From Schizochytrium sp. TIO01 (lineage: Eukaryota; Protista; Bigyra: Labyrinthulomycetes), in contig SMSO01000014.1 in NCBI GenBank assembly GCA_004764695.1, positions 2,661,648 through 2,725,647 of the forward strand: a DNA stretch of 64,000 bases, given 5' to 3'. This document shows, piece by piece, positions 33,201 to 45,711 of the stretch; the stretch's first letter is position 1; each line of letters begins with the position of its first letter. The notes beneath the pieces were generated by a model. That model did no database searches. It was not told where the DNA came from and was given only the letters and a program-made list of their open reading frames with translations. The translations under genes were made by a program, and so were the position numbers.

Positions 33201-35921
33201 TCTATATTAAAGAAGTTGTTAAGGGGCAGCAGCCTGCACACAAACTTTGTCATCGCCTACCTTCTGAACTCCTCCGCTCTAAAATACAAATGTGATCGCC
33301 CTGAAAACTACCTTATCAAAACCATTTTGAAGTTTGATCCTCGTGAATGATAATGAAGATGGAGAACCCAATGCTATGCAATTTCAATGTTTATTCTTTT
33401 GTTCTAAATACTTATTTTTTTCGTACTAAATAGGCCTCGCCCGAATCGAATTTTCTTTTGTGAAGTGCACCCGTAAAATTTGCATCACTGGGATAGATTG
33501 GTTTATAACAAGTAGAAATTATTTACTTGCAATCTGGTCAGCCCAAGACTTAGATCCTGTTCTAATCATAAAAACAGGTCTTGGTCACACCCGAAGCAGG
33601 TTTGAAGCGTCTTTGCCAGCTAATTGAAGTGGAAAGTCAAGATTGACGTTTATGCACGTATGTGGCACTTGACCCATGTGTATTGGTAAGGTGCCAACAA
33701 CTTGAAATAGTTTGAACTACAGTGGATTTCTCTATGTTAGGTGAAAAACTCACGTTAAGTTGTTAATTGACTATTTGTAAAGTAGAGAAAATTTGCATCT
33801 ATGTTTGAAACTTTTAGGTTCCATCGAGTCCTTGCTCTACTAACATCCGCTCACCCTTGCGATAGATTAGGTTTATTCAATTGTAAACCACGGCAAGGAG
33901 ATTGTATGAGTCTAAAAAAAGACCAAATGTACGGCAGGTGGCATCTGCATTGACCATTTTGTCATTCGACGTAGCAGCTTGCTTTACTACTCCACTAGTT
34001 CTGGATTTTAATTTCGACGAGGTTCCCACATCAATTTATTATGTTTCGCTACGATTGAATATCTATCTTGTGTGTCATTTCCTGCTACATGTCACGTTCT
34101 CGATGCTCATTCTTTACCTTTCCATATATGTCTGCTTATTTACATAGTCACATACTCCATCGGTTCTTTGTCGGCATTCTCTCTAAACTATTCTCTTTGA
34201 TGAAATGAGTAGCGACAAAAAGCAAATACTTATATACATCGGTACTTTGTTAAAATCTTAAGAATTATAGGTGCTTATTTCTTTGAAGGCAATAATTCAC
34301 TTTCATGCATAATTAAACATAATTCATGAGGCACAAACAAACGCAAGAAGATAAGCTGTTCTATATGATTGCAGCGGCACTTGGATTTCTGAGTCAGAAA
34401 CAAGCATTGAGGCTCTCCAACCTAGCGTCGAAGACGTAATGCTCAAGAGACTCCACAACGCAATTCAATAACGAATAGATGGGTAGTCATTACACACACG
34501 GTACTAAAATCGTACACAACTATGTATTTTATTTCTTAGGGGCATAACATTTTTAAATTCTAAAGAGTTTATTTATTGAAAAAAAAAGAAAAAGTACATA
34601 GTGTCATTAGTAATATCTAATTATGTACTAACACAATCGTGTTAACATGAACTCGAATTTCCAGCACACACACAAAGAGCGAGACAGCTCAGCACGAAAT
34701 TCCTACCAGGTAGCACCAATTATGTACCGACTCGACCAAGAGGGCGAACATCCACTCATCAATCAATCAAATACTGATATCAGTCTACAGAAACCAACGT
34801 AACAGATCGCCATAAAAGCTCTTCAGTGCTCAAACAAACACAGGCACGAAGAAAAAGTACATACAACTAAGCTAATAAATAAGAAAACGCAAATTAAAAA
34901 TCAGCTCAACAATAAACTGTGCATAGCACAAGTGCACAACTAATTGAATAAACATACGTGTCTCTAATGCCAGCGAGTTTGCGTCTAGCTTGAATATATT
35001 AAAGTCAACCTGAAAAATGAATCTCGACGTCCCTACATCTCGAATGAATCGAGCAAGTGTCAGAAATCGTCGACGCTTAGTTCTTCCCTCCTTCGTCGCA
35101 TCCCTTGATTTATTTATTCATTCATTTAGTCATTCCAGCTTTACATGATGAAGGTAGGTATAGGTAGGTAGGTACCAACTCCTGTGAAGCCAAGTGGAGC
35201 TAAGCTTAAACAAAGCACTGCAAAGGAAGAGGTCGAAGCATTGCCAGAAATAGAAGAATGAGCTTTACCTACAATCTCCAGATTAAGTTCAAGTTGCTAA
35301 AGCTATAAAACAATTAAACTTGAGGTGTAGCTATTGGGTAGCTACTTCTTTTTGCTCAAGCTTATTATGTTGTAAATAAATAAAATAAATAAATAAATGA
35401 ATAAATGAATGAATTAATTAATCAATTAAAAACATAATATAGGTAAATAAGGAAAGTAGTATAGGCATACTATATTCGAAAACACTGTATAATTAAAAAG
35501 AAAAGAAAAACATGTTTGTTTGTTTTGTATGTAAAAGTCATAGTAAGTGCTTAGTCGATGAGTAGAGTAATGAGAAAGTAATTAGGCTATAATAAGGAAA
35601 GTGGAGAAAGGAAGAAGAAGACGAAAGAAGAAGAAGAAGAAGAAGGAGAAGAAGGAGAAGAAAAACAACGAAAGAGCGATCGGCAAAGCAAGCAAAGTCC
35701 TCACGGGCACGCTCGCCAGCGGAGCGAGGCCGAGTTTGCGAGGGAGGCAGGCTTGGATCGGGCGGGTAGATAAAATAGGAGAGGAAGAGCCCCGGCGCGT
35801 GGCTTGCGTCTAGCTCCTTGAGCGGGAGATTCGATAGGTCGGGAACCAGGTCGGAGGAGCGCTCAAGGCCGTGCGCTTCGGCATCCGGCGCTTCAGCTCC
35901 GCAGCACTCGAGGTGACCACC

Positions 35922-38309
35922 ATGGGTAACAGCAAGTCGTCAAGCTCGAGCTCGCGCGGAAGCCACCGCGGGAACTCTCAGAGACCCGCCTCGTCGCTCC
36001 CGCGCCCCTCGGCGGCTGCCTCGTCGGCCTCAAATTCGGCGACCCCCTCGTCTTCTCAACCTACATCATCGGCCGCTCCGCAGGGTCCCTATCCGGGCGG
36101 TGCCGGGCGCTCAGCAGGACAACCTCCTCCCGTGCGCTGCCCTCGATGCCGTCGGCTGTTGCAGCCTCCCGCGAATCATGACCGTTTCCTGTGCCCATGT
36201 GGTCAAATGCTCATGGCGCCTTCCGCGGCCAACAATGCCGCATCGAGCACGAATGGCCAAACTGGTGGTGGTGCTGCGTCATCTGGAACCTCTTCCACAT
36301 CGCAATACCCTGGTTCAGGACCTAGTTCGATTTATGGTCGAAACGGCGGCCCACCAAATGCGGGGCAAAATCAAGTCCAACATGTGCGATGCCCCACGTG
36401 TAACACGACACTGGCACCGCCTCCAGGAGCTCCAATATTCAGGTGTCCTTGTGGAACGCACTTGAGAGCGCCTAATATAAATACAATGCAGACCTCACAG
36501 AGAGCTCTGGTCGACCCTGCAACAGGTATGAATTCAAGACAGAGTAATGGTACTTTAGGAGGCGAAAGCGAGGTCCAGAGGAAGCTTCAAGAGCATCCGG
36601 AAATGGCGGAGATGATGGCAACCCTTGTGCAAAGACGCGGAGAACTCCAGTGGCTTAGACAGGTGGACGCCTCGGGGGTCAACCTTGTATGGAAGAATTT
36701 GCAATCTGACGAGGAAGAGGCTCGCAAATATAAGCTTGAGCAACAGTGCATGAGCGAGTTTGCAAGCAAGATTCCGGACCTGACGACTAAACAGCTGTAT
36801 GAAAAGCTTGAGACAATGCAAATTTCTACGGAGGCATGCGAGAGCGACGAGGATCTCAGGGAAACCCTACTACATGCAAAGGAAACGCTCCTGGAACTCC
36901 CGATCGAAGAGCTCCAGAGCAGACTTGACACTCTCGGCGTGAGCTATGATGATGTCAATGATCCATCTGAGCTTGCTGATAGGCTCATCACAGCAGTGTG
37001 GTACAGTGGACTGTACGACGACGGTTACGTACGTGAGGTGCTTGAGGACTTCTCGTTGGACTGGATTCCAGCGGCAAAGTATAAGCTGGATCCCTCGAAA
37101 CCGCCGCGCCCCGTTGCAGCGTCGGTACTCGAGCACATGAGCACCCAACCGTTCAATGACAAGCTTCAATGGTTCAAGGAACACATGAAAGGAATGAAGA
37201 CACCCTGGGAGGATGGGCATGTTCAGGTCAAGGTGAGGCGCCGCGAACTCCTGCGAGACGCTTTTACAAACCTGAACCAGTTGACTCCTGAACATATGCG
37301 CCGTCATTTCCGATTCGAGTTCCTCGGAGAGCCCGGTTTGGATGCTGGTGGTGTAGCCCGCGAGTTCTTTGAGCTTGTCACTGATTCGATTTTCAATGTC
37401 GATTTTGGCCTCTTTGAGTACTCCGGTGTGGATAACATTTGTTACAGTATTAACCCTAGTTCAGGTATCGCAAATGAGTTGCACATGCGCTACTTCTACT
37501 TCCTTGGACGCATTATGGGCAAAGCTCTTTTCGATGGACACATTATCCCTGCGCATCTTACGCGCCCTATGTATAAGCATTTGCTCGGCTTCCCAATCAC
37601 AGAAGCTGATATTGAGTTCGTCGACCCTGTGGTGTACAAGAGTATGGCCGACATCAAGGAATGCGAGGATGTTGAGTATCTGTACCTCGACTTTACCACG
37701 GCAAGCCGTGTTTTTGGCGAGACCCAAATGGTTGAGCTTAAACCCGGTGGCGCTGATATTGAGGTTACAAATGAGAACCGCGAGCAGTATTTGCACCTGC
37801 TTGTCAAGTTTATCTTGTTTGACCGGCTCGCCCCACAGCTTGCGATGCTCTTGAAGGGTTTTTACGAGGTTGTCCCCGCACATCTGATTTCTATCTTTGA
37901 CTACCAGGAGCTTGAGCTTCTCATGTGTGGTTTGCCAAATATCGACGTTGATGACTGGCGCGAAAACACCATGTACCGCGGCGCTTACCAGCAAAAGGGT
38001 GATCGCCATCAGGTTATTCAGTGGTTCTGGGAAGTTATGGGCGAGTTCTCCCAAGAGCAGCGTGCAAAGTTTTTGCAATTTGCCACTGGTACTTCTCGGG
38101 TTCCTGTGCAGGGGTTTTCGGCTCTGCAGTCTTCCGATGGTGTTCTGAAACTCTTTACAATCGATTCTATTCCTCAAGACAAACTCTTTCCCCGCTCTCA
38201 TACATGCTTCAACCGGATAGACCTTCCTATCTATCCGAACAAGCAAACCCTTAAGCGCTACATCTTGCAGGCATTGTCTTTAGAAGCGGTTGGTTTTGCA
38301 GAGGAGTAA
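35922..38309 (+). CDS. HECT E3 ubiquitin ligase (NEDD4-like HECT) with N-myristoylation motif, two LSD1-like Zn fingers and SAP/HeH-like repeats
   Basis: MGNSKS start; HECT motifs FLGEPGLDAGGVAREFF, FDYQELELLMCG, FLQFATGTSRVP and catalytic FPRSHTCFNRIDLP; Zn fingers CPRC...CPCG and CPTC...CPCG. Confidence 0.95.
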   Translation: MGNSKSSSSSSRGSHRGNSQRPASSLPRPSAAASSASNSATPSSSQPTSSAAPQGPYPGGAGRSAGQPPPVRCPRCRRLLQPPANHDRFLCPCGQMLMAPSAANNAASSTNGQTGGGAASSGTSSTSQYPGSGPSSIYGRNGGPPNAGQNQVQHVRCPTCNTTLAPPPGAPIFRCPCGTHLRAPNINTMQTSQRALVDPATGMNSRQSNGTLGGESEVQRKLQEHPEMAEMMATLVQRRGELQWLRQVDASGVNLVWKNLQSDEEEARKYKLEQQCMSEFASKIPDLTTKQLYEKLETMQISTEACESDEDLRETLLHAKETLLELPIEELQSRLDTLGVSYDDVNDPSELADRLITAVWYSGLYDDGYVREVLEDFSLDWIPAAKYKLDPSKPPRPVAASVLEHMSTQPFNDKLQWFKEHMKGMKTPWEDGHVQVKVRRRELLRDAFTNLNQLTPEHMRRHFRFEFLGEPGLDAGGVAREFFELVTDSIFNVDFGLFEYSGVDNICYSINPSSGIANELHMRYFYFLGRIMGKALFDGHIIPAHLTRPMYKHLLGFPITEADIEFVDPVVYKSMADIKECEDVEYLYLDFTTASRVFGETQMVELKPGGADIEVTNENREQYLHLLVKFILFDRLAPQLAMLLKGFYEVVPAHLISIFDYQELELLMCGLPNIDVDDWRENTMYRGAYQQKGDRHQVIQWFWEVMGEFSQEQRAKFLQFATGTSRVPVQGFSALQSSDGVLKLFTIDSIPQDKLFPRSHTCFNRIDLPIYPNKQTLKRYILQALSLEAVGFAEE

Positions 38310-39099
38310 AGATAAAATCAACAAATACACGTGTATGTGTGTATAGATGCTTGTTCGCTAACCCTCTTGACTCCTTTTTCGTACTCCCAGAAACATTTTT
38401 TTAGAAGCACAAATTAAACCTCCTGCTTACAGACCACGCACAATTTCATTCCAGACGCACTGATGCTCATTCAGACGAACCATTATTACACGCACGTAGG
38501 AGATGAGTGCTAGCTCAACACATTATCTCGAGAGGACCGCAGGCTGTTTTGTATTATTTCATCTCTCCACGCATCATCCTCGCTACTTTGGCCTTGTTTA
38601 ATTTCCTAAATCTTCCTTTTCTGAATAGTTTGGGGATGAAGAGAGAACTCCCCTGCATAAATGGCATCGTTACCTAACTGTCTGATAGGCCTGTGTTTTC
38701 ATTTTGACCTTCAATTACCATAATCCCTTCTCAATATTACTACCCACCTCTTCTTATCAAGCCCGTTCGCTCCTTCTTCTTTTCATTTTTTTCAGATATC
38801 AATTTAACAAACCCCAAACCCGAATTGTTGCTCTTTATATTCTTATAGTCTACTCTCTCTTGGCTTGTCTTCATATATTTTCCGGAAGAAGCAGAGAGCA
38901 TGTGTACAACATATAGTAGCTGCGAAATCATCTATTTCCGAAGAGCGGTATAAAATCAAAACTAAACGGAAGACATGATTTCACCCCTTAGTCTATATGG
39001 AAACACCCTTCCAGCTTGTAAAAAATCAAGAGGGTTTGATCTTCGACATCACTCTTAGTTTTAATCGGAAAGGAAAAATAGAAATCACGCATATTCAAG

Positions 39100-39954
39100 T
39101 TACATTTTAGATGACTTATGGGAAAAGTCAATTACAATTGGAAAGTGGTCGCTGAGGCAAATCGCATTCTGGACGCTTGCGCTGTGCAGGTTAAAATGCT
39201 CGAGAAAGCCAGGGCCAGCAAAACAATAGTCGATGCGATATAGTGGTTCTTCCACACTGGCTGTTGGCGTCGGAGGAGTGTCTAAATCAACATAGTGGAA
39301 ACAATCCAAATAACCATGGTTCTCTAGCTCGTCCAGGCAACCATGCGAAGGCATGGCCCACCCTCTTTCGCGATGCCTATCCTCGAGTTGCTGCCAATGC
39401 TGATCTTCATAATCCTTTCGCTTAAGAGCATTGAAGTCCCCGCAAAGAACAACAGGCTCGTTCCGCTCAGTTTTTACACTTTCAAGAACCTCGCGAACAT
39501 GTTTAAGTTGGACACGCCGCTCATCTTCGCTCATGTGATCCAAGTGTGTGGCAGCCACTGTAAACTTGGGCAAGCCGACTGGGCTACCATCTATGCTACA
39601 CACAAGAAGTCCACGCACTATTTGATGAACCTTGTCTTCAAATTTAATCCGTGAGCCGCCCTTGAGCTGTGTGGCTTTGCACTGCTCTAAAGGCAAGCTT
39701 GAGCAAACTGCATTTCCATAATTCCCATTTCGCACATGGCCATAGAACTCCACATTTGACACACCAAGAGCTCGGCCAAACCTCTCAAGTGTGTCAGGCC
39801 ATCGATTCAGGTCTACCTCGTTCAAGCAGACTACCGTGGGGTTTAACTTTGCAAGAGACTGGCCTATTGCCTCAATAGTGCACTCCCCTGTCGAGCCCAC
39901 GAACTGCTTCACATTGTAGCTCACAAACCTCAGCCTCGACGAGGAAGAGGCCAT
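39100..39954 (-). CDS. Endonuclease/exonuclease/phosphatase (EEP) family hydrolase with PTS1-like C-terminus
   Basis: SYNV, LNEVD, ATHLDH, CGDFN, RIDY and SDHFP motifs; ends SKM. Confidence 0.92.
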   Translation of the reverse strand: MASSSSRLRFVSYNVKQFVGSTGECTIEAIGQSLAKLNPTVVCLNEVDLNRWPDTLERFGRALGVSNVEFYGHVRNGNYGNAVCSSLPLEQCKATQLKGGSRIKFEDKVHQIVRGLLVCSIDGSPVGLPKFTVAATHLDHMSEDERRVQLKHVREVLESVKTERNEPVVLCGDFNALKRKDYEDQHWQQLEDRHRERGWAMPSHGCLDELENHGYLDCFHYVDLDTPPTPTASVEEPLYRIDYCFAGPGFLEHFNLHSASVQNAICLSDHFPIVIDFSHKSSKM

Positions 39955-40852
39955 TTCGCTGTGCGCCTCGCAAACTTTTCGCCAAACCCAGCCCTCGCTG
40001 AATCGATATTTGCCTACTGCGCACCGCTGAAGACTCGACCAAGCAGACGAGTGGAATGATGGATATCTCCACGCCGGTGTTGGAGTCCCGGACTTTGAAT
40101 GATTGAATGCCTTTTTTCAAGCAAAAGCAAAGATTTATTTATATAACAAGATGGCCTATAGCTAACTACTCCTACTACTAAGACTCGGGTTTAGAAGCAA
40201 AAAAGAGGTTTTGCGTTCTTTTGATCCATGAGTTCTGCATGTTCTGAAAGTTCCTTGTACACCTGGTCTGGTAGCCACGGCTTGTCTGTGGGGGAAAAGA
40301 AATCCGTTCACGTGGCGTGAGCAGTTCCGAGAGCGGAATTCTTGAACTTACATGTGGCTGGCGAGTCGACTTGCTGGAGTTTTGCATCTTGATGGATAAG
40401 AAACACTATGGAGATACTAGGCGAAACAGATATTCTCTGGCGATCGATAAAAGTACTTTGGGAGTAATGATGCGCCACTGAAATTCTCTTACAGTCCTCA
40501 CAAAGATGGTGTGCGAAAGATATTCCGCGGCGGAGAAACGAATGCAAGCAAGCAAGAAAGTGACCATTGAAATTGGCGTGGAAAGCTAAACGAATCGATC
40601 ATGATATACCGCGAGTTCCTAGATAGATTACACATTATTGCAAACCTGTGACCAGAAGAGCAAAGCTGCTTCATCATAACCAGCTGCCTGTATGCGCCGC
40701 GCGCAAGTGAGCAGAACTACAGCACTGCAATAGAGGATCTTGAGCCTTTTCAATCTGTGCTGCTGTGAACTGCAGACTTGCCTTGCTCTTGCTGGTGTTG
40801 AGGGCAAGACAAAGGGAGTCTAATAGTTCGAAGTTGAGTTTGGCGAGCAACC

Positions 40853-41752
40853 ATGGCTCTGGCAATGAGACCGGCGTCAAGCCGTAGCTCAACGTCGAGG
40901 AGCAGCAATAGCGGGTTTGATGAGGCCAGCTTTAAAATGCCGGGGCAAGTTGATACTGTAAAGGAGTATTTTCAGATGGCGTCGCAGCCTCCACGGCATC
41001 ACTTTGGCAAGCGCGTTAATAATCAAGCTCGTCCTCATATTTATCAAGAGTGGGATTTTCTGAAGGTAAGTTACTTGATGCCCATACTTTGATTGCCTTC
41101 AAAGTTGTGAGACCTTGGCATGCTATCACTGTTGCGTTGGATCAAAGGCACTGAATGCCCTTAGATACAACGAAATGTTGATTTGCTGAAGCTAACAACG
41201 AAACTGGAATTTACATAAATGCAGAGTTCCAATGAGCCTCAATGGCAGCAGGCTCGAGGTGTAAGAGAGACTCGGTTTCACAAGGGTTTTGAGCGAAGAA
41301 AATATGAAAACATCGAAGGAGCTCCGCACCGATCTTGTAATAACTCAGGCGAGCCATTTAAACCATCCCACTCAGCGAGGAGAGAGGCTTTGGCATATCT
41401 TAAGGGCGAGTGTACAGGGTACAATATTATCTCTGGTGACCGACCATCAACTACTTCAGGTGCTCGTGTCAAAGAGCTGTACCCGTCATATGGTGTTGTC
41501 CGTGAAGTACGCGGGCGTCGGCATTTTGATGAAGAGCATTGTCGCCCAAAGACACGCGGTAATATGAATGAATACAGACAAGTCAAATTTTATCAAGAGC
41601 AGAAAAACTCAGAAGCGTCACGACACCGACAAGAGTTACTCTACAAAGATGGTCTCACAAACAGCGTTAAGCGGACCTCTGTTCTGGGTTACGGGCGAGG
41701 CGACATGTCCTCTCGCGGCGTGTCAGATAACTTTCAATACGGCCAGCTCTAG
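40853..41752 (+). CDS. Two-exon basic hypothetical protein (possibly ciliary/cytoskeletal)
   Basis: Exon 1 40853-41065; intron 41066-41224 (GTAAGT...TGCAG, phase 0); exon 2 41225-41752 in frame. GYNIISG motif; no recognised domain. Confidence 0.65.
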
Positions 41753-42837
41753 ATGGTATACCTTTCTCTTAATTTCATATGAGCCAACATTTGAGTAATG
41801 CCTTCGTTTACGCTCTTTGACAGGTCTAAACGCCAAGATTGACGCATATTGTGGCTCACCATCTTGTCGACCGGTGATGTACCTCGAGGACAGCGTCCAT
41901 GATTCTAAACATATACTATGTATTTTTTTTTCTTATGTCTTTTTCTCAAAGTCTATATGTCGAACGCGAGGATGACATCATTAAAGTGAATGAGAAACGC
42001 AAGGAGTGTGGTGTTACTTCGTCAAACCCAAGCTTGAGTTGCATAGTTAGGGAGGTTTGGTGAGCTAGCATATTTCTTACCTTGATGGCTTGGTTATTTC
42101 TTTAAATTAAAAGATTGATTTTAATTTTAAAATAAATAATTTATAATCAATTATTAATAGTTGATAATTAGAATATCCTAGAAAAGAATAATAAAATAAA
42201 ACTTTGAAAAAACTTGATGTATTCAACTATTTCGTTGCTACTTCTTCTTGACTACTTCACGCGGTATATGCTGCAGCATCTAGATTTGTCTTGGTGTCAT
42301 TTTCTAATCCCCTTCAACATTCATGGATCCGAGCGAAATTTGTTTAGTAAAAATAAGAAGTTCTCGGTCTCACTGCTTTTATTATTATTATAAAGTTGTC
42401 TTCTTGGTGGAGGTCTTTTCCCCGAGCACACAAAAGTACCTTATTAATGAAAAACAAACAAATGGTGCACTATATTCGATTCAAAGTCAACTTAAGAAAA
42501 CTAAATTCGACCTTCTCTCCTCAACTCGCCACTTCAAAAACTGATCTTCGCAGAGAAACCGCGTTCCAAAAAGCTTTTGATGGCACCCACAAAGTAAAAA
42601 AGAGGATAAAGTTGCACTTTCGAGTATTATTACCACGCATCACTTAGGGATAATAGATTTGTAGGCCAATGTTCAACGTGTGTACACCAAAGTTAGCACG
42701 TGGACACCACAACCTTCAGACTTTCACAAAAGCTTTTCTTTGGCCCAGCCTGTGTCACTCAGCATATCCTAAAGAGGGCACATACCCCTGGGCCCCGTCG
42801 CCGAGTTAAACCTCGCTGAAGTCTGAGGGCTGGTAGT

Positions 42838-43671
42838 ATGACCAGACTTGGGGAGGGCGTCGCTAATTTCCACGAGGGCCTCGTGCACGTGCTGTTTGCT
42901 GGGCACAGCACAGGTCCTGACGCTGATGCGGAGGCCTATGCGGAGGCAGCGCGGTTTCTTGCAGGTGATGATGGTCCCGATTGGACACTACACTCATGCT
43001 GTAATCGGAGACAAATTGTTTTATGCTGCCTGATTGGAGGTTACACGCTTATCATCTGGTTCTTGTGGAGATGGCTAATCATTCGCCCCTTTAAAATCCT
43101 TGCTGTTTTCCTACATGAACTTTCACATGCGATCGCTGCGATTATCACATGCGGCTCAGTTGAAGGTATGGAGGTTCACGCTAATGAAGGCGGCGTTACA
43201 AAAACCGTAGGTGGTTCACCTTGGTGCATTGTCCCAGCTGGGTACATTGGGTCCGCTTTGTGGGGATTCTTCTTTATGTTATGCTCGCAATCTTATATCG
43301 CATCGCAGTTTGCGTCAGCTATCTTGGGTGTATCACTAGTTGCAGTTCTCGTGATCGCAGACAATAATACGTTACGCTTATTGTGTTTGGCTTTCATTGC
43401 CCTCCTGGTGACATTTTGGGTGCTTCAGGTAGAGCATATTTTCGAGGGTCTTCAATATCTTTTGTTGTTTGTTGGAACAATGAATGGATGGTTTGCCATT
43501 TATGATTGTCACGATGATTTAATTAGTCGCCGTGTCAATGGCTCCGATGCTGTTGTATTTGCAGAGATGACACACACATCTGCTCGTTGTTGGGGAATTA
43601 TCTGGGCACTCTTTAGTCTCGGCATAATGACTCTTGGGGTCTACCTGTCACTCGTTATCGCGAGCCACTAG
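42838..43671 (+). CDS. Peptidase M50B-like integral membrane metalloprotease
   Basis: HELSH (HExxH), NEGGVT, PAGYIGS, multiple TM helices and NGSDA motif. Confidence 0.9.
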   Translation: MTRLGEGVANFHEGLVHVLFAGHSTGPDADAEAYAEAARFLAGDDGPDWTLHSCCNRRQIVLCCLIGGYTLIIWFLWRWLIIRPFKILAVFLHELSHAIAAIITCGSVEGMEVHANEGGVTKTVGGSPWCIVPAGYIGSALWGFFFMLCSQSYIASQFASAILGVSLVAVLVIADNNTLRLLCLAFIALLVTFWVLQVEHIFEGLQYLLLFVGTMNGWFAIYDCHDDLISRRVNGSDAVVFAEMTHTSARCWGIIWALFSLGIMTLGVYLSLVIASH

Positions 43672-45711
43672 GCCAATATGGAATCAGACCACTGCCGTTT
43701 TACTCTTTTGCTTTCCGTGAAGGTAACAACTGCGAATTTTGCGTAATCTTCTCATATCCCTCTTTTTGTTTTATTCTTCTATAGAAGAAGGTGAAGTGAA
43801 GCGAAAATCATTTTAATGCAACATAATACCTGTCGCAGCAACTTCGAACCTTTTCAGACTTAACTCAGTGGCTTTAATTAGAATTAAAAACTGTGGTGGA
43901 CATTGAACTCTAAGTATTACGTCACATACATCACGAACCAACTCTGGTGTCCCTTTTTCGTCACTAGACTAAGCTATAAGTGAAGGAAAATGCAGTCCTA
44001 CCGCTAGGCGCGGCCAATTTCGATACACTTTTGAGTCTTCGCAACACGTAAACCAATCGATGAATATTTTGATTTTTGTATCTCTGAATTTTTTTCGCTG
44101 TTCCTATGTTTACTATCGTGGCTAGAAACGATGTTGGCGACTTTCTAGATCTCGTTTTCACGTGTAACACATTTAAAAAACCTTTTTTTTAAACAGATGC
44201 AAGATAGACACTGCCACAACAACAGCAATAACAAGACGCATACTCTGGGTATTTATGCGGCGACCCAAGGGGTTCCTTACAATGAGCATATTTACCGATT
44301 CATAACTTTCATATTTTCATTTTTAGGAAAGGACATAAGGTCAATTGCTTATTGCTTAACTGTGGTTGAACATCGTATGCATGCAGAATAATCGATCAGT
44401 GGACATAACAGACTTCAGCTGTACGAGCCCTGGCCAGCTACCTGACTTGCTTCTGTTGTGAAAATGTTAATCTTAGCAGGCGATTTTCTCGAATAATCTG
44501 CTAGACTGTCTTTCGTCGTGATTGACGATTGACGATGGTGTAGAGCTTTTCACACCGAACTATTTTAGTTCTCGATATCTAGTAATGATTGATGGTTGAT
44601 AAAAACACTTGAATTATTTTTCACACTCCCGTACAATCGATCCCATCCCCCTTCGATTTTCTTAGTCAAGGAACACAGCTACAAGAATAGCAGCCTCTGC
44701 CAAAATAAATAGCAAGATTATCGCTCTAGAGAATCTCGAGACACTTCCCCGAAACGTGCCGCCGAAAATGGTCTCTCTACTATACCTTTTCAATATTGAA
44801 AATCAAAAAAGCTTGCCAGGAGGCATATTTCTCTGGATCAACTTCGGGTTCATGGGTCACTCGAATAGCCATCGAAAATCCACACTAAACTTACAAGAGT
44901 AAAGCAGAAGATTGGTAGTATATACCCTACCGCATATTATTACTAGATTAAAAAAATTAATTTGGGTTACTATTTACAAATTTTAAAATATAAAAAGGAC
45001 ATGCAATTACCGGAAAGATCAAAGCAGTTAGAACAGAGTACGTGCCAGCAACAAGCAAAGTACGAAGATCAATGAAGAATATCCCCAAAACGCTTTTGCA
45101 CTACTAACCTCCTGTTTGTCAACGTAGTTAGTTGTACGACAATTTAGAAATATCTTTCCTCTCTGAGTATTCCTCACAGAGATAGAACATCTCCTTCATA
45201 CTCATCACCATTTCAATAGGCCACATTAAATATCTTGATGCAAAAATACAATCTTATAGTGTCATTCGCACGATATCCTCTGTGTCAAAGGACTTCTTAT
45301 TGTAGAAGCTATGCCATGTTCACTACGCAATGCAGTGAACGAGTTGAAGGGCCAAGTTCGCACGAACGAACTAAACAATGCCAGGGTAAAATAAACATAT
45401 GTACCTGCTTGTTCGCAGTAATAATAACAAGCACATAGACAAACAAATACTAAGGAAAGTATTAGTAGATCAACAAATAAGTGACCAAATAGGAATGAAG
45501 AAAACATTTTATAAGATATATAAAAGCAGAGAACGAAACCTTCCTTAGCAAAGTCGGCTTCGACGTTGCCACGTTGTTCGGGCGCGAGCCAAGGCCGCTC
45601 TGCTCGGGAGCAACAAGGTCCGCCGGGGTGGCGGGTGCTCGGGAGGGTGCCGGTCTCCCATAATCTTCCTGCTTGCGTCGTCTCAGCCTAACACGGTGCG
45701 ACAGGCTCATC

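Noticed and set aside
12347-38309. A functional ubiquitin/RNA-decay or antiviral gene cluster (ILRUN, RPT6, RNase Z, NYN-KH, HECT)
   Set aside because: These classes are abundant in eukaryotic genomes and are interspersed with unrelated genes; only the RNase Z/NYN-KH divergent pair is retained as a lead.
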